DNA of 28,521 nt from a virus (lineage: Duplodnaviria; Caudoviricetes), in the IMG/VR virus record IMGVR_UViG_3300010052_000008, positions 1 to 28,521 of that record; one strand, given 5' to 3'. This document shows positions 13,232 through 22,286 of this stretch, in pieces. How positions within the stretch are numbered: position 1 is the stretch's first letter; each line of letters opens with the position of its first letter. The notes under the pieces are model-generated. The model did not search any database. It had not been told where the DNA came from and worked only from the letters and a program-made list of their open reading frames with translations. Both the position numbers and the translations under genes were made by a program.

Positions 13232-13588
13232 ATGCAGGCGAAGCGGCCGACCCTGCGGCGCCTCGCTCCTATGGTGGCGGCGCTGCCGCCCATGCTGGCT
13301 CCGGCAGTGAAGGCGGGCACCGGCTTCGCGCGATCCGATCGGCTGTCGAGCACGGCCCGTGGCTATGGCGCCGACTGGCGGCGGGTCCGGGAGAGGGTGC
13401 TAGCCATCGAGCCTCTGTGCCGCGAATGCGACAAGCAGGGGCGCGTGACCGTGGCCACTGAGGTGGACCACATCGATCCCTTCGAAGGCGTGGACGACCC
13501 GCGCCGGCTGGACCCGGAGAACCTCCGCCCCCTCTGCACCCCCTGCCACCGCGCCCGCACCGCCCGCCAGGCCTCCGGCCAGGGCTAG
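13232..13588 (+). CDS. HNH endonuclease (HK97 gp74-like packaging cofactor)
   Basis: RGYGADWRRVRERVL..EPLCREC...ATEVDHI...NLRPLCTPCHRART; immediately upstream of terminase. Confidence 0.92.
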   Translation: MQAKRPTLRRLAPMVAALPPMLAPAVKAGTGFARSDRLSSTARGYGADWRRVRERVLAIEPLCRECDKQGRVTVATEVDHIDPFEGVDDPRRLDPENLRPLCTPCHRARTARQASGQG

Positions 13589-13663
13589 GGGGGGGTAGGG
13601 GGGGTCAATCCCTGCGGCCGCCGTCACGCGGGACCGCGCCCCCTGCCTTCCAGGGATTTTTTT
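13588..13663. other. Candidate cos site
   Basis: G8-TA-G7 tract; AATCCCTG (13607-13614)/CAGGGATT (13651-13658) and CGCGG-ga-CCGCG (13627-13638) share one dyad centre; T7 run; located between HNH and terS. Confidence 0.6.
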
Positions 13664-13698
13664 CGCTCCCCGCGCTGGTGGGGGCTGGGAAGCTAAGG

Positions 13699-14277
13699 AT
13701 GCTGACCGATCGGCAGCGCCTCTTCGTTGAGGCGTATCTGCTTGAACCCAACGGGAAAAAGGCGGCGATCGCCGCGGGCTACTCCGCGAAGACCGCGGAG
13801 GTCACCGCGAGCAAGCTGCTAAGGCAGCCTAAGGTCGCCGCGGAGCTCGCCAAGCGCCGCGCGATCACCGAGGCCGCGACCGGGATCACCGTCGAGCGCG
13901 TGATTTCCGAGCTCGCGAAGCTCGGCTTCTCCGACATCCGTCAGGTTATCGCCTGGCGAGCGAACGTCGCGAAGATGGTCGATGACCCTGAGACCGGCGA
14001 CCCGATGCTTCAGGTCACGAACGAGGTCGAGCTGGTCGACAGCGCGAAGCTGACCGACGACATCGCCGCCGCCATTTCCGAGATCTCGCAGACCAAGGAC
14101 GGCACCTTGCGCGTGAAGATGCACGACAAGCTGGGCGCCCTGGTGAAGATCGGCCAGCACCTCGGCATGTTCCGCCCGCTGCCCTCGCCGGCCGAGAAGG
14201 CCGGCAAGAAGGAACGGCAGAATGCCGAGGCGCAGTCGGCAGACGAAGGGTCCGAGTGGGCCGGCTTGATGAACTAG
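13699..14277 (+). CDS. terS: Terminase small subunit
   Basis: MLTDRQRLFVEAYL...NGKKAAIAAGYSAKTAEVTASKLL; ITVERVISELAKLGFSD; KMHDKLGAL..IGQHLGMF. Confidence 0.92.
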   Translation: MLTDRQRLFVEAYLLEPNGKKAAIAAGYSAKTAEVTASKLLRQPKVAAELAKRRAITEAATGITVERVISELAKLGFSDIRQVIAWRANVAKMVDDPETGDPMLQVTNEVELVDSAKLTDDIAAAISEISQTKDGTLRVKMHDKLGALVKIGQHLGMFRPLPSPAEKAGKKERQNAEAQSADEGSEWAGLMN

Positions 14278-14283
14278 CGCGGC

Positions 14284-15960
14284 ATGCCCTGGGACCTCTC
14301 CTGCCTCGACTGGGAGGACCGCCTCCGCGCCGGCAGGGCGCCGATCACGGACCTGCCTCTCTATACCGACCAGGCCGAGCGGGCCGTCAGCGTCTTCAAT
14401 CTCCTCCGCCTGGCCGACGTGCCGGGCAATCCCCGGCTGAGGGACGCGGCCGGCGACTGGTTCCGCGACATCGTCCGCGCCCTCTTCGGCTCCCTGAACG
14501 CCGCCACCGGCGAGCGCCTCATCCGCGAGGTGCTGACGCTGGTGCCGAAGAAGAACAGCAAGACCAGCTACGGCGCGCTGCTGATGCTGACCGCCCTCAT
14601 CCTGAACATGCGCCCGAAGGCGCGGTTCATCATGACGGCGCCGACGCAGGACATCACGGAGCTCGCCTACAGCCAGATCGAGGGCGCAATCCTCCTCGAT
14701 CCCGTGCTCGAGAAGCGCTTCCACAACCGCGGCCACATCAAGACCATCGTGGACCGCAAGAACAAGTCGACGCTCGAGATCATGAGCTTCGACCCGTCGG
14801 TGCTCACCGGCCAGAAGCCCGCCGGCATCCTGGTCGATGAAGTCCACGCCGTCGCGAAGATGGCCAAGGCCGCCAGCGCCATCCGGCAGCTCCGCGGCGG
14901 CATGCTCGCGATCCCCGAGAGCTTTCTCTTCTTCATCACGACCCAGTCGGAGGAGCCCCCCGCCGGCGTCTTCCGCGCCGAGCTGATGAAGGCCCGCGCG
15001 ATCCGCGACGGCCGGCAGAAGGGCGCGATGCTCCCGGTCCTCTATGAGTTCCCGGAAGCGATGCAGCGCGACCAGGACGCGTGGCGGGACCCGAAGAACT
15101 GGGCGATGGTCACGCCCAACGCAGGCCGGTCCGTCACGATCGCGCGCCTGCATGAGGAATTCACGACCGCCGAGACGACCGGCGCCGATGAACTCCGTGC
15201 CTGGGCGAGCCAGCACCTCAATGTCGAGGTCGGCGTCGCCCTGCATGTCGATCGATGGCTCGGCGCCGACTTCTGGCCGCAGAGCGCGGATCAGACGCTC
15301 GACAGCCTGGAGACACTGATCCAGCGGTGCGAGGTCATTTGCATCGGGATCGACGGCGGCGGCCTCGACGACCTGTTCGGCCTCGCCGCGGTCGGCCGAT
15401 GCAAGAAGACCGGCGCTTGGCTCCACTGGGGGCGCGCCTGGGCCCATCCGATCGTGCTCGAGCGGAACAAGAAGGAAGCGGCCCGGCTGAAGGATCTCGA
15501 GGAAGAAGGCGACCTCACCTTCGTCCGGGAGATCGGCGACGACCTGGCGGAGGTCCTCGACATTGTCGCGCGGGTCTTCTCGGCCAACCTGCTGGGTGGC
15601 GTCGGCCTCGACCCGGTCGGCATCGGCGCCATCGTCCAGGGGCTTCGCGATCGGAAGATCCCCGACGATCTGATTGTCGGAATCGGCCAGGGCTTCCGCC
15701 TCAACGGTGCGATCAAGACCGCCGAGCGGAAGCTGGCGGAAGGCACCTTCCGCCACGGCGGCCAGGCGCTGATGGCGTGGTCGGTCGGGAACGCCCGGAC
15801 GGAGCAGAAGGGCAACGCGATGCTCATCACCAAGCAGGCGTCCGGCTCCGCCAAGATCGATCCGCTGATGGCGCTGTTCGATGCGGTCGAGCTGATGGCG
15901 CGCAATCCGAAGCCTCGCGGCATCAGCGTCTATGAGAAGCGCGGGCTGGTCAGCCTCTGA
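14284..15960 (+). CDS. terL: Terminase large subunit (Terminase_1 type)
   Basis: Walker A VPKKNSKT, Walker B ILVDEVH, coupling motif ITT, nuclease GIDGGGLDDL...KIDPLMAL. Confidence 0.96.
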   Translation: MPWDLSCLDWEDRLRAGRAPITDLPLYTDQAERAVSVFNLLRLADVPGNPRLRDAAGDWFRDIVRALFGSLNAATGERLIREVLTLVPKKNSKTSYGALLMLTALILNMRPKARFIMTAPTQDITELAYSQIEGAILLDPVLEKRFHNRGHIKTIVDRKNKSTLEIMSFDPSVLTGQKPAGILVDEVHAVAKMAKAASAIRQLRGGMLAIPESFLFFITTQSEEPPAGVFRAELMKARAIRDGRQKGAMLPVLYEFPEAMQRDQDAWRDPKNWAMVTPNAGRSVTIARLHEEFTTAETTGADELRAWASQHLNVEVGVALHVDRWLGADFWPQSADQTLDSLETLIQRCEVICIGIDGGGLDDLFGLAAVGRCKKTGAWLHWGRAWAHPIVLERNKKEAARLKDLEEEGDLTFVREIGDDLAEVLDIVARVFSANLLGGVGLDPVGIGAIVQGLRDRKIPDDLIVGIGQGFRLNGAIKTAERKLAEGTFRHGGQALMAWSVGNARTEQKGNAMLITKQASGSAKIDPLMALFDAVELMARNPKPRGISVYEKRGLVSL

Positions 15961-17408
15961 TGACCGAACGCCGATCCTGGTGGGCGCGCCTCGGCCGCAA
16001 TCGCGCGGCCGTGGAGCCCACGCCACCTCTGACGGTGCAGCACCCGCGCGTCGAGCCGGTGTTGCAGGTCCCGGTGACCCGCTCCATGCCGGCCGACAGC
16101 AGCCTCTCCCAGCCGCAGAGCTGGCTGATGGGCATGCTCGGCGCGATGCCCTCGGCGACCGGTATTCCGGTCACGCCGCTGACCGCCCTGCAGGCGGCCG
16201 CGGTCTATGGATGCGTGAAGTGCCGATCAGAGGACCTGGCGAAGCTGCCGATCGTCATGCGCCGCGAGCGGGCGGACGGCCAGGGCTGGGACAAGCTTAC
16301 GAAGCACCCGCTGCGGCGCCTCTTCCGCCGGCCCAACCGCTGGATGACGGCCTCCGACTTCATCAGCTACGTCGTCATCAGCCTCGACCTGCGCGGCAAT
16401 GCCTATATCGCGGTCGCGCGCGGGCCGGACGGGTCGCCTCGCTCCCTGATCCCGCTTTCGCCGGATCGCGTGTCGGTTCTGCTCAGCCCGAACGGCACCC
16501 TCTTCTACAATGTCCACCACCCGGCTCTCGGCACCGGCCTGACGCTCCACCAAGACGACGTGGTGCATGTCCGCGGCCTCAGCCTCGATGGCTATATGGG
16601 CATCTCGCCCATTGCCGCTGGCCAGGACGCGATCGGGCTTGCGCTGGCGACACAGCAGCATGGCGCCGCGCTGTTCCGGCAGGGCGCCCAGATATCCGGC
16701 GTGCTCTCGATCGCCGGCAGCCTGTCGCCGGAAGCCGCGAAGCGCCTCGGGCAGTCCTGGCAGGACACCTATGGCGGCGTCGCCAACGCCGCGAAGATCG
16801 CGGTCCTCGAGGAAGGCGCGAAGTTCGAGAAGATCGCGCTGACCAACGAGCAAGCACAGTATCTCGAAACGCGCGGCTTCCAGGTGCTGGACATCTGCAG
16901 GATCTTCCGCACACCGCCGCACAAGGTCATGGACCTCAGCCGCGCCACCTTCTCCAACATCGAAGAGCAGAACCAGTCCTATATCGATGAGGCCCTTCTG
17001 CCGACGGCGGTGCGGATCGAGCAGGCGCTGGAAGACAAGCTGCTTTTCGAGGACGAGGACGACATCGAACTGGACTTCGACTTCGACGCGCTGCTGCGCG
17101 GCAACATGAAGACGCGCTTCGAGACCTATCAGATCGGCCTGCTCAACGGCGTGTGGAACCGCAACGAGGTCCGCGCCAAGGAACGCGAAAACCCGGTGCC
17201 GGGCGGCGAAATCTACCGCGTCCCGCTGAACACCGTGGATGCCAGCATCTCGCCGGATGGCGCGCCGACGCCGCCGGGCACCGATGCGCCGACGAAGCCC
17301 GACGCGAATGCCCCCGCCGAGCCGAAGCCGGGCGAGGGCAGCGAAGACGCCGAGGACGAAAAGGCCAAGCGCCGGCGCCAGCGTCGTGAGGCGGAGGACA
17401 ACGCATGA
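15960..17408 (+). CDS. Portal protein, HK97 family
   Basis: ALQAAAVYGCV...LAKLP, RPNRWMT, LRGNAY, DVVHVRG...G.SPI, LEEGAKF, TFSNIEEQ, NEVR..EN..PGG. Confidence 0.96.
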   Translation: MTERRSWWARLGRNRAAVEPTPPLTVQHPRVEPVLQVPVTRSMPADSSLSQPQSWLMGMLGAMPSATGIPVTPLTALQAAAVYGCVKCRSEDLAKLPIVMRRERADGQGWDKLTKHPLRRLFRRPNRWMTASDFISYVVISLDLRGNAYIAVARGPDGSPRSLIPLSPDRVSVLLSPNGTLFYNVHHPALGTGLTLHQDDVVHVRGLSLDGYMGISPIAAGQDAIGLALATQQHGAALFRQGAQISGVLSIAGSLSPEAAKRLGQSWQDTYGGVANAAKIAVLEEGAKFEKIALTNEQAQYLETRGFQVLDICRIFRTPPHKVMDLSRATFSNIEEQNQSYIDEALLPTAVRIEQALEDKLLFEDEDDIELDFDFDALLRGNMKTRFETYQIGLLNGVWNRNEVRAKERENPVPGGEIYRVPLNTVDASISPDGAPTPPGTDAPTKPDANAPAEPKPGEGSEDAEDEKAKRRRQRREAEDNA

Positions 17409-18241
17409 AGCTGACCCGCAAGACCTTCGCGGTGCAGGCCGAGCAGACCGCCGATGAAGGCGTGGTCCGCGTCATCTGCAGCACCGAGGATACCGACCGC
17501 GCCGGCGAGGTGGTGGTGCAGTCCGGCATCGACCTCGATGCCTACAAGCGCAATCCGGTCGTGCTGTTCCAGCACGATCCGAACCAGCCGGTGGCGCGCG
17601 CCACCGACATCGCGATCGAGGACGGCCGGCTGGTCGCCACTGTGCTGTTCCCGCCGGCCGGGATCTCGGCGAAGGCGGATGAGGTCCGCGGCCTGGTGAA
17701 GGCCGGGATCCTCTCGGGCGTCTCGATCGGCATGGAGCCGGTCGATACCGAGCCGATGGACCCCAACGACACGCGGCGCAATGCGCCGGTGCGCTACCTG
17801 AAGTCGAACCTGCTGGAGTTCAGCTTCGTCTCCATCCCGGCGAACCCGGCCGCGCTGGTGGTCGCCCGCAGCGCGAACCGCCGCGGCGCAGCGGTGGTGA
17901 AGTCGCTCTGGGACTGCGGCCGGCTGGCCGACCTGCTCTGCCAGCTCGGATGGATCTGGGACAGTGCGGCCTTCGAGCGCGAGATCGAGGACGACGCCTC
18001 CCGCATCCCGGAGGTTCTCGGCCAGATCATGCAGGACATGGGTCAGGCGCTTCTGGACATGACGGCCGAGGAAGTCGCGGAGCTGCTGGCGACGACCGCG
18101 CCGGAGGAGACGACCGAGAAGGCGCTGACGCCGGCCGAGCGCTTCGGCGCCGGCTGGCGCGCCAGGCCTCCCGTGACGAAGGCCCACGCCGCCTCGCGCA
18201 CCGCCATCCAGCGTCGCGCCCGCGCTCTCGCGCTGGGCTGA
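17405..18241 (+). CDS. Prohead protease, HK97 family, with C-terminal extension
   Basis: STEDTDRAGEVV, NPVVLFQHD, GILSGVSIG, LLEFSFVSIPANPAA. Confidence 0.93.
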   Translation: MKLTRKTFAVQAEQTADEGVVRVICSTEDTDRAGEVVVQSGIDLDAYKRNPVVLFQHDPNQPVARATDIAIEDGRLVATVLFPPAGISAKADEVRGLVKAGILSGVSIGMEPVDTEPMDPNDTRRNAPVRYLKSNLLEFSFVSIPANPAALVVARSANRRGAAVVKSLWDCGRLADLLCQLGWIWDSAAFEREIEDDASRIPEVLGQIMQDMGQALLDMTAEEVAELLATTAPEETTEKALTPAERFGAGWRARPPVTKAHAASRTAIQRRARALALG

Positions 18242-18374
18242 TCCCATCCCGATCACCGGGGCACTCGCTCCGATGAAAGCCGCGCGGCCGCGCCGCGGCG
18301 GCGCCCGACAGCCCTTGGGCAAGGCATCGTGGTGCTCGCGCGCAGCGCGTCTCACCCCGCACATGGAGCAGAGC

Positions 18375-19757
18375 ATGAAGAAGCTGCATGAGCTGCGGCG
18401 CGAGCGCGCCGGGCTGATGACCAAGGTGAAGGAACTCGCCGAGAAGGATGGCGAGCTCTCGGCCGAGGAGACCAAGGAATTCGAAGGCCTCGAGGTCCAG
18501 ATCAAGGGCCTCGACACGCGCATCGCCCGTCTCGTGAAGGCGGCCGAGCTCGAGGCCGACGAGGCGAAGGAAATCCCCGAGGACGATGAGAAGAAGTCCG
18601 AGGAGGAGGACGAGGAGAAGGAAGACGACGAGGACGAGACGGAGGAGAAGAACGGCCGCGTGCGCGTCGTGAAGCGCCACCGCGTCTTCGCCGAGCCCAA
18701 GAAGAAGTTCGAGAAGGGCATCATCGTCGGCGGTGCGCTGAAGATGATGGCTGCCGGCGGCGGCTCGATCTTCAATGCCCGCCAGGTCTCGAAGGAGGTC
18801 TATGGCGAAAGCCACCCGGTCACGAAGGCGCTGAACGCCAGCTCCGGCCCGACCGGCGGCTTCGTCGTTCCGCCCGAGTATGTGGCGGAGATCATCTCCA
18901 TCCTCCGCGCCCGCACCGTCGTGCGCCAGGCCGGCCCCCGTGGCCTGCCGATGCCGCGCGGCACGCTGACGCTGCCGCGGCAGACCCAGGCGGCGACCGC
19001 GAACTACGGCAACGAGCTCTCCGCGATTCCGGTGAGCGAGCAGCGCCTGGGCCAGATCGTCGCGACCTTCAAGAAGCTGACGGCGATGGTCCCGATCTCC
19101 AACGACCTGCTGCGCTACAGCGATCCGGCGATCGACGCCTTCGTGCGCGACGACCTAGTCGCGGTGATGGCGCGGCGCGAGGACCTCGCCTTCATCCGCG
19201 GCGATGGCGCCTCCGACAGCCCGCGCGGCTTCCGGTCCTTCCTGATGTCCAGCAACATCATCTCCTCGACCTCGGCCTTCACGCTGGCGACCGCCGCGGC
19301 CGAGCTCGGCGGCCTGGTGAACAAGCTGGAGACCGCGAATGTCGACATGGTTCGGCCGGTCTGGATCATGGCGCCGCGCGTGAAGAACTACCTCTTCAAC
19401 GTGCAGAACGCCCAGGGCTTCTACGTCTATCGCGACGAGATGAAGGACGGGACGCTGCTCGGCTATCCGTTCTTCACCACGACGCAGATCCCGACGAACC
19501 TGGTGAACGGCAGCGATACCGACTGCTCCGAGCTCTACATCGTGGACATGGACCAGGCGATCGTCCTGGACAGCATGACGATGCAGATCGATGTCAGCCG
19601 CGAGGCGACCTATGTGGACGCGAACGGCGTCACGATCAGCACCTTCCAGTCGGACCAGACGCTGATGCGCTGCATCAGCGAGCATGATTTCCAGATGCGG
19701 CAGGACGCGGCGATCGCGATGCTGCAGCACTGCCGCTGGGCGCCGGCGATCGCCTGA
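18375..19757 (+). CDS. Major capsid protein, HK97 fold, with N-terminal scaffold (delta) domain
   Basis: GGAG Shine-Dalgarno before MKKLHELRRERA coiled coil and acidic linker; GGFVVPPEY..EII..LR, KKLTAMVPISNDLL, EDLAFIRGDG...PRG, GTLLGYP. Confidence 0.96.
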   Translation: MKKLHELRRERAGLMTKVKELAEKDGELSAEETKEFEGLEVQIKGLDTRIARLVKAAELEADEAKEIPEDDEKKSEEEDEEKEDDEDETEEKNGRVRVVKRHRVFAEPKKKFEKGIIVGGALKMMAAGGGSIFNARQVSKEVYGESHPVTKALNASSGPTGGFVVPPEYVAEIISILRARTVVRQAGPRGLPMPRGTLTLPRQTQAATANYGNELSAIPVSEQRLGQIVATFKKLTAMVPISNDLLRYSDPAIDAFVRDDLVAVMARREDLAFIRGDGASDSPRGFRSFLMSSNIISSTSAFTLATAAAELGGLVNKLETANVDMVRPVWIMAPRVKNYLFNVQNAQGFYVYRDEMKDGTLLGYPFFTTTQIPTNLVNGSDTDCSELYIVDMDQAIVLDSMTMQIDVSREATYVDANGVTISTFQSDQTLMRCISEHDFQMRQDAAIAMLQHCRWAPAIA

Positions 19758-19769
19758 CGCTGACCAGGC

Positions 19770-19800
19770 CGGGCCGCACCGCGGCCCGCGCTTTCCCTTC
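19770..19800 (+). terminator. GC hairpin after the capsid gene (weak terminator or mRNA stabiliser)
   Basis: CGGGCCGC-acc-GCGGCCCG followed by cgctttcccttc. Confidence 0.45.
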
Positions 19801-19826
19801 GACACCCCGACACAGGACATCCCGCG

Positions 19827-20309
19827 ATGAACACCATCGTCTGGGCGAAGGACTTGATCAGCCTCACCAAGGCACTGATCGCCTCCGCCTTCACCTCCCT
19901 GACCGCCGGCGGCAGCGGGGACAACACCGCCGTCACCGGCCTCACCCTCGACCGCCAGTCGATCGGCATGCCGCAGTCCTGCATCGTCAGCTGGATATTC
20001 AGCGCGGTGCTGGCGCAGGCCGCCACGCTGACCATCAAGACGCTGGTAATCGAGGACAGCGCGAACGGCACCGACTGGGCCACCTATGTGCCGCCCGCGC
20101 CTGTCGCGGCGCCGGCAGCGCCGGGCGTCGTCGCCACCGGCCCGACCGGCGGCGGCACCGTGCGTGGCGTGTCATCGATCGGCATCAACCTGACCGCGGC
20201 GCGCCGGTATGTGCGCTTCGGCTGGACGCCGGACCTGTCCGCCGCGAACACGGACACCGCGTCCGTGGTGGCGCAGGCCACCTTCAGCGGCATGGACCGT
20301 CTGCCCTGA
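19827..20309 (+). CDS. Probable capsid decoration/cement protein
   Basis: AGGA Shine-Dalgarno; directly after MCP; beta-rich; IEDSANGTDW and RRYVR motifs as in jelly-roll head accessory proteins. Confidence 0.6.
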   Translation: MNTIVWAKDLISLTKALIASAFTSLTAGGSGDNTAVTGLTLDRQSIGMPQSCIVSWIFSAVLAQAATLTIKTLVIEDSANGTDWATYVPPAPVAAPAAPGVVATGPTGGGTVRGVSSIGINLTAARRYVRFGWTPDLSAANTDTASVVAQATFSGMDRLP

Positions 20310-20314
20310 TCGGC

Positions 20315-20346
20315 GCGGGCGCCGGTCTGACGGCGCCCGCTTCCCC
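20315..20346 (+). terminator. 10-bp GC hairpin (weak terminator or stabiliser)
   Basis: GCGGGCGCCG-gtctga-CGGCGCCCGC followed by ttcccc. Confidence 0.5.
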
Positions 20347-20369
20347 GCAACCGCTGAAGGACGCACCCG

Positions 20370-20615
20370 ATGCGCGCAGTCACCTTCGCGAAGTCGGTCG
20401 GGCCCTATGTGGCCGGCGACGTCGCGGCATTCCCTGACGCCGAAGCCGCCGCCCACATCGAGCGCGGCGAGGCGACGCCCTATCCCGCCGAGACAGCCGA
20501 AGCCGCTGCCGAAGCGCAGCCGCCCGCGAGCCCCGCCGAACCGCAGCCGCCCGCGAGCCCGGGTGGCGACGGTGATGGCGGCGGCGCCGACACCCAGTCC
20601 GGAGCCTCCGCATGA
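20370..20615 (+). CDS. Small head-region protein, paralogue A (with 27-bp tandem repeat)
   Basis: AAGGA Shine-Dalgarno; MRAVTFAKSVGPYVAGDVAAFPDAEAAAHIERGEA; AEAQPPASP/AEPQPPASP repeat at 20508-20560. Confidence 0.75.
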   Translation: MRAVTFAKSVGPYVAGDVAAFPDAEAAAHIERGEATPYPAETAEAAAEAQPPASPAEPQPPASPGGDGDGGGADTQSGASA

Positions 20616-20773
20616 CCCCTGTGAAGTTCACGCGCGCCTGTGCGCCCTACCACGCGGGGGAGACGGCCGCCTTCCCGGAGGCGACGGCCGCCTACTACGT
20701 GACGAAGGGCCTGGCGACGAAGGTCGAGCTGCCGAAGCCGAAGGCCGACCCCAAGGGCGAGCCGAAGACCTAG
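20612..20773 (+). CDS. Small head-region protein, paralogue B (53 aa, below the ORF-track cutoff)
   Basis: GGAG Shine-Dalgarno and ATGA overlap; MTPVKFTRACAPYHAGETAAFPEATAAYYVTKGLATKVELPKPKADPKGEPKT. Confidence 0.75.
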   Translation: MTPVKFTRACAPYHAGETAAFPEATAAYYVTKGLATKVELPKPKADPKGEPKT

Positions 20774-20776
20774 GCC

Positions 20777-21418
20777 GTGCTCTCCACCCTCCGTCTCGCC
20801 GCCGGGCCTGTTGCTGAGATCGTCGATCTGGACACCGCTCTGGCGCATTGCCGGGTGGACAGCGACGATCAGGGCGGGCTGATGGAGGTCTATATCGCGG
20901 CCGCGCGGCAGTGGTCGGAGGGCTGGCTCGGCCGAGCTCTGGCGCAGCAGCAGCTGCTCTGGACGGTGTCCGACACCACGGCCGCGCCAGCGCCCATGCT
21001 GCGCTTCGCGCCGACACCGGCGCCCGGAACGCTGCTGGTCCCCAGTGTCGCGACGCCCTGGCCGCCGCGTCGTCCGATGGAGTTCCCCCGCAGCCCTGTC
21101 ACGGAAGTGACTGCGGTGACCGTCGGCGGCTTCGCCATCGACGATGCGCCGCTTTCCGAGGACGACTATCAGCTCGACCTCGCGACCGAGCCGGCGCGGA
21201 TCCTGCTGCGCTCCACCGCTGCCACGTCGAAGGCCGATCGCCTGACCGTGGCCTTCACCGCCGGCTACGCCGATCCGGCGCAGATCCCGCGGCCGATCCA
21301 TCTCGCCCAGCTCGTCATCATCGCCCACCTCTGGGAACACCGCGGCGACGCGGGCGGCGACCTGCCGAAGGCGGCGCAGTCCCTGATGTGGCCCTTCCGA
21401 CTGGCGGCCTTCGGCTGA
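20777..21418 (+). CDS. Head-tail connector (gp6/gp15-like, phiE125 gp8 type)
   Basis: VDLDTALAHCRVDSDD...YIAAARQWSEGWLGRAL..Q; FTAGY; IP.PI..A.L.IIAHLWEHR. Confidence 0.9.
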   Translation: MLSTLRLAAGPVAEIVDLDTALAHCRVDSDDQGGLMEVYIAAARQWSEGWLGRALAQQQLLWTVSDTTAAPAPMLRFAPTPAPGTLLVPSVATPWPPRRPMEFPRSPVTEVTAVTVGGFAIDDAPLSEDDYQLDLATEPARILLRSTAATSKADRLTVAFTAGYADPAQIPRPIHLAQLVIIAHLWEHRGDAGGDLPKAAQSLMWPFRLAAFG

Positions 21419-21783
21419 TGGTGCCGGAACCCGCGATCGGTGACCTCCGTTGGCGCGTCAGGCTGCTGCGCCGCGACCAGGAGCCGGCGGAAGACGCCGC
21501 TGGCATCGAGGAGACGCCGGTCCTGCTCGCCTCCACCTGGGCCAAGATAGAGCCGGTGGGGGCGCTGACCTTCTTCGGCTCGACGCAGGTGGAAACGCCG
21601 GTCACGCACCGCATCACCATCCGCTGGCGCCACGGCCTGGACACGACGCACGCCATCGAGCGCACCTCCAAGGGTGCGGATGGCGTGGAGAGGACCGAGA
21701 CATTCCGCGTCCGCCGCCAGATGGAGCCGAACGGCCGGAAGCGCTGGATGGTCTTCGAGGTAGAGCTGGAGCGCCAGGCATGA
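21418..21783 (+). CDS. Head closure/stopper protein (SPP1 gp16-like)
   Basis: IGDLRWRVRL...WAKIEP...THRITIRWR; TGATG coupling. Confidence 0.88.
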   Translation: MVPEPAIGDLRWRVRLLRRDQEPAEDAAGIEETPVLLASTWAKIEPVGALTFFGSTQVETPVTHRITIRWRHGLDTTHAIERTSKGADGVERTETFRVRRQMEPNGRKRWMVFEVELERQA

Positions 21784-22283
21784 TCCGCCTCAGCGTTGGC
21801 GTCCCGATGGATGTGGCGCTCACCCTCGATCCCAAGGCGAAGAAGAAGGCGCTGCGGCAGGCCGGCCAGCAGGTCGCGCGGGCCACGCGCCGCAGGTTGA
21901 GCAAGGCAGGCGCCGGCCGACGCTATGGCAAGCACGTCGCCTCCGCCCCCGGCCAGCCGCCGGCGAAGATGACGGGCGGCCTGGCATCCTCCGTCACCGT
22001 CCGCGTCTGGAAGTCCGGCGACGGCGTCGCGATCCGCGCCCGTCGCTTCTACGCACTGTTCCTGGAAGCCGGCGCGCAGGGCGGCGTCGGGTCCGGCCGC
22101 AAGGGCGTGAAAGGCAAGAGCAACACCCGCCATCGCGTCGCCGGCACGCGCGAGCTCAAGCCTCGCCCCTTCCTCTCCGCCGCGCTTGAGGAACTGTCCG
22201 GCGAACGCCTCGGCGAGAGGCTGCGCGATGCGATCGCGAAGGGGATCGAACTGCGCAAGGGCGCCCGAAAGCGGGCCCGCTGA
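21780..22283 (+). CDS. HK97 gp10-like neck protein
   Basis: ASAPGQPPAKMTGGLASS...FYALFLEAG...PRPFL; ATGA coupling. Confidence 0.82.
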   Translation: MIRLSVGVPMDVALTLDPKAKKKALRQAGQQVARATRRRLSKAGAGRRYGKHVASAPGQPPAKMTGGLASSVTVRVWKSGDGVAIRARRFYALFLEAGAQGGVGSGRKGVKGKSNTRHRVAGTRELKPRPFLSAALEELSGERLGERLRDAIAKGIELRKGARKRAR

Positions 22284-22286
22284 CAT

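Noticed and set aside
18270-18330. Hammerhead ribozyme in the capsid leader (CCGATGA, GAAA)
   Set aside because: The core CUGAUGA is not intact and the GAAA overlaps it rather than following stem II.
18560-18655. GAG/GAC/AAG-rich repeat-like tract
   Set aside because: It encodes the acidic linker of the capsid scaffold domain; it is not a DNA-level repeat.
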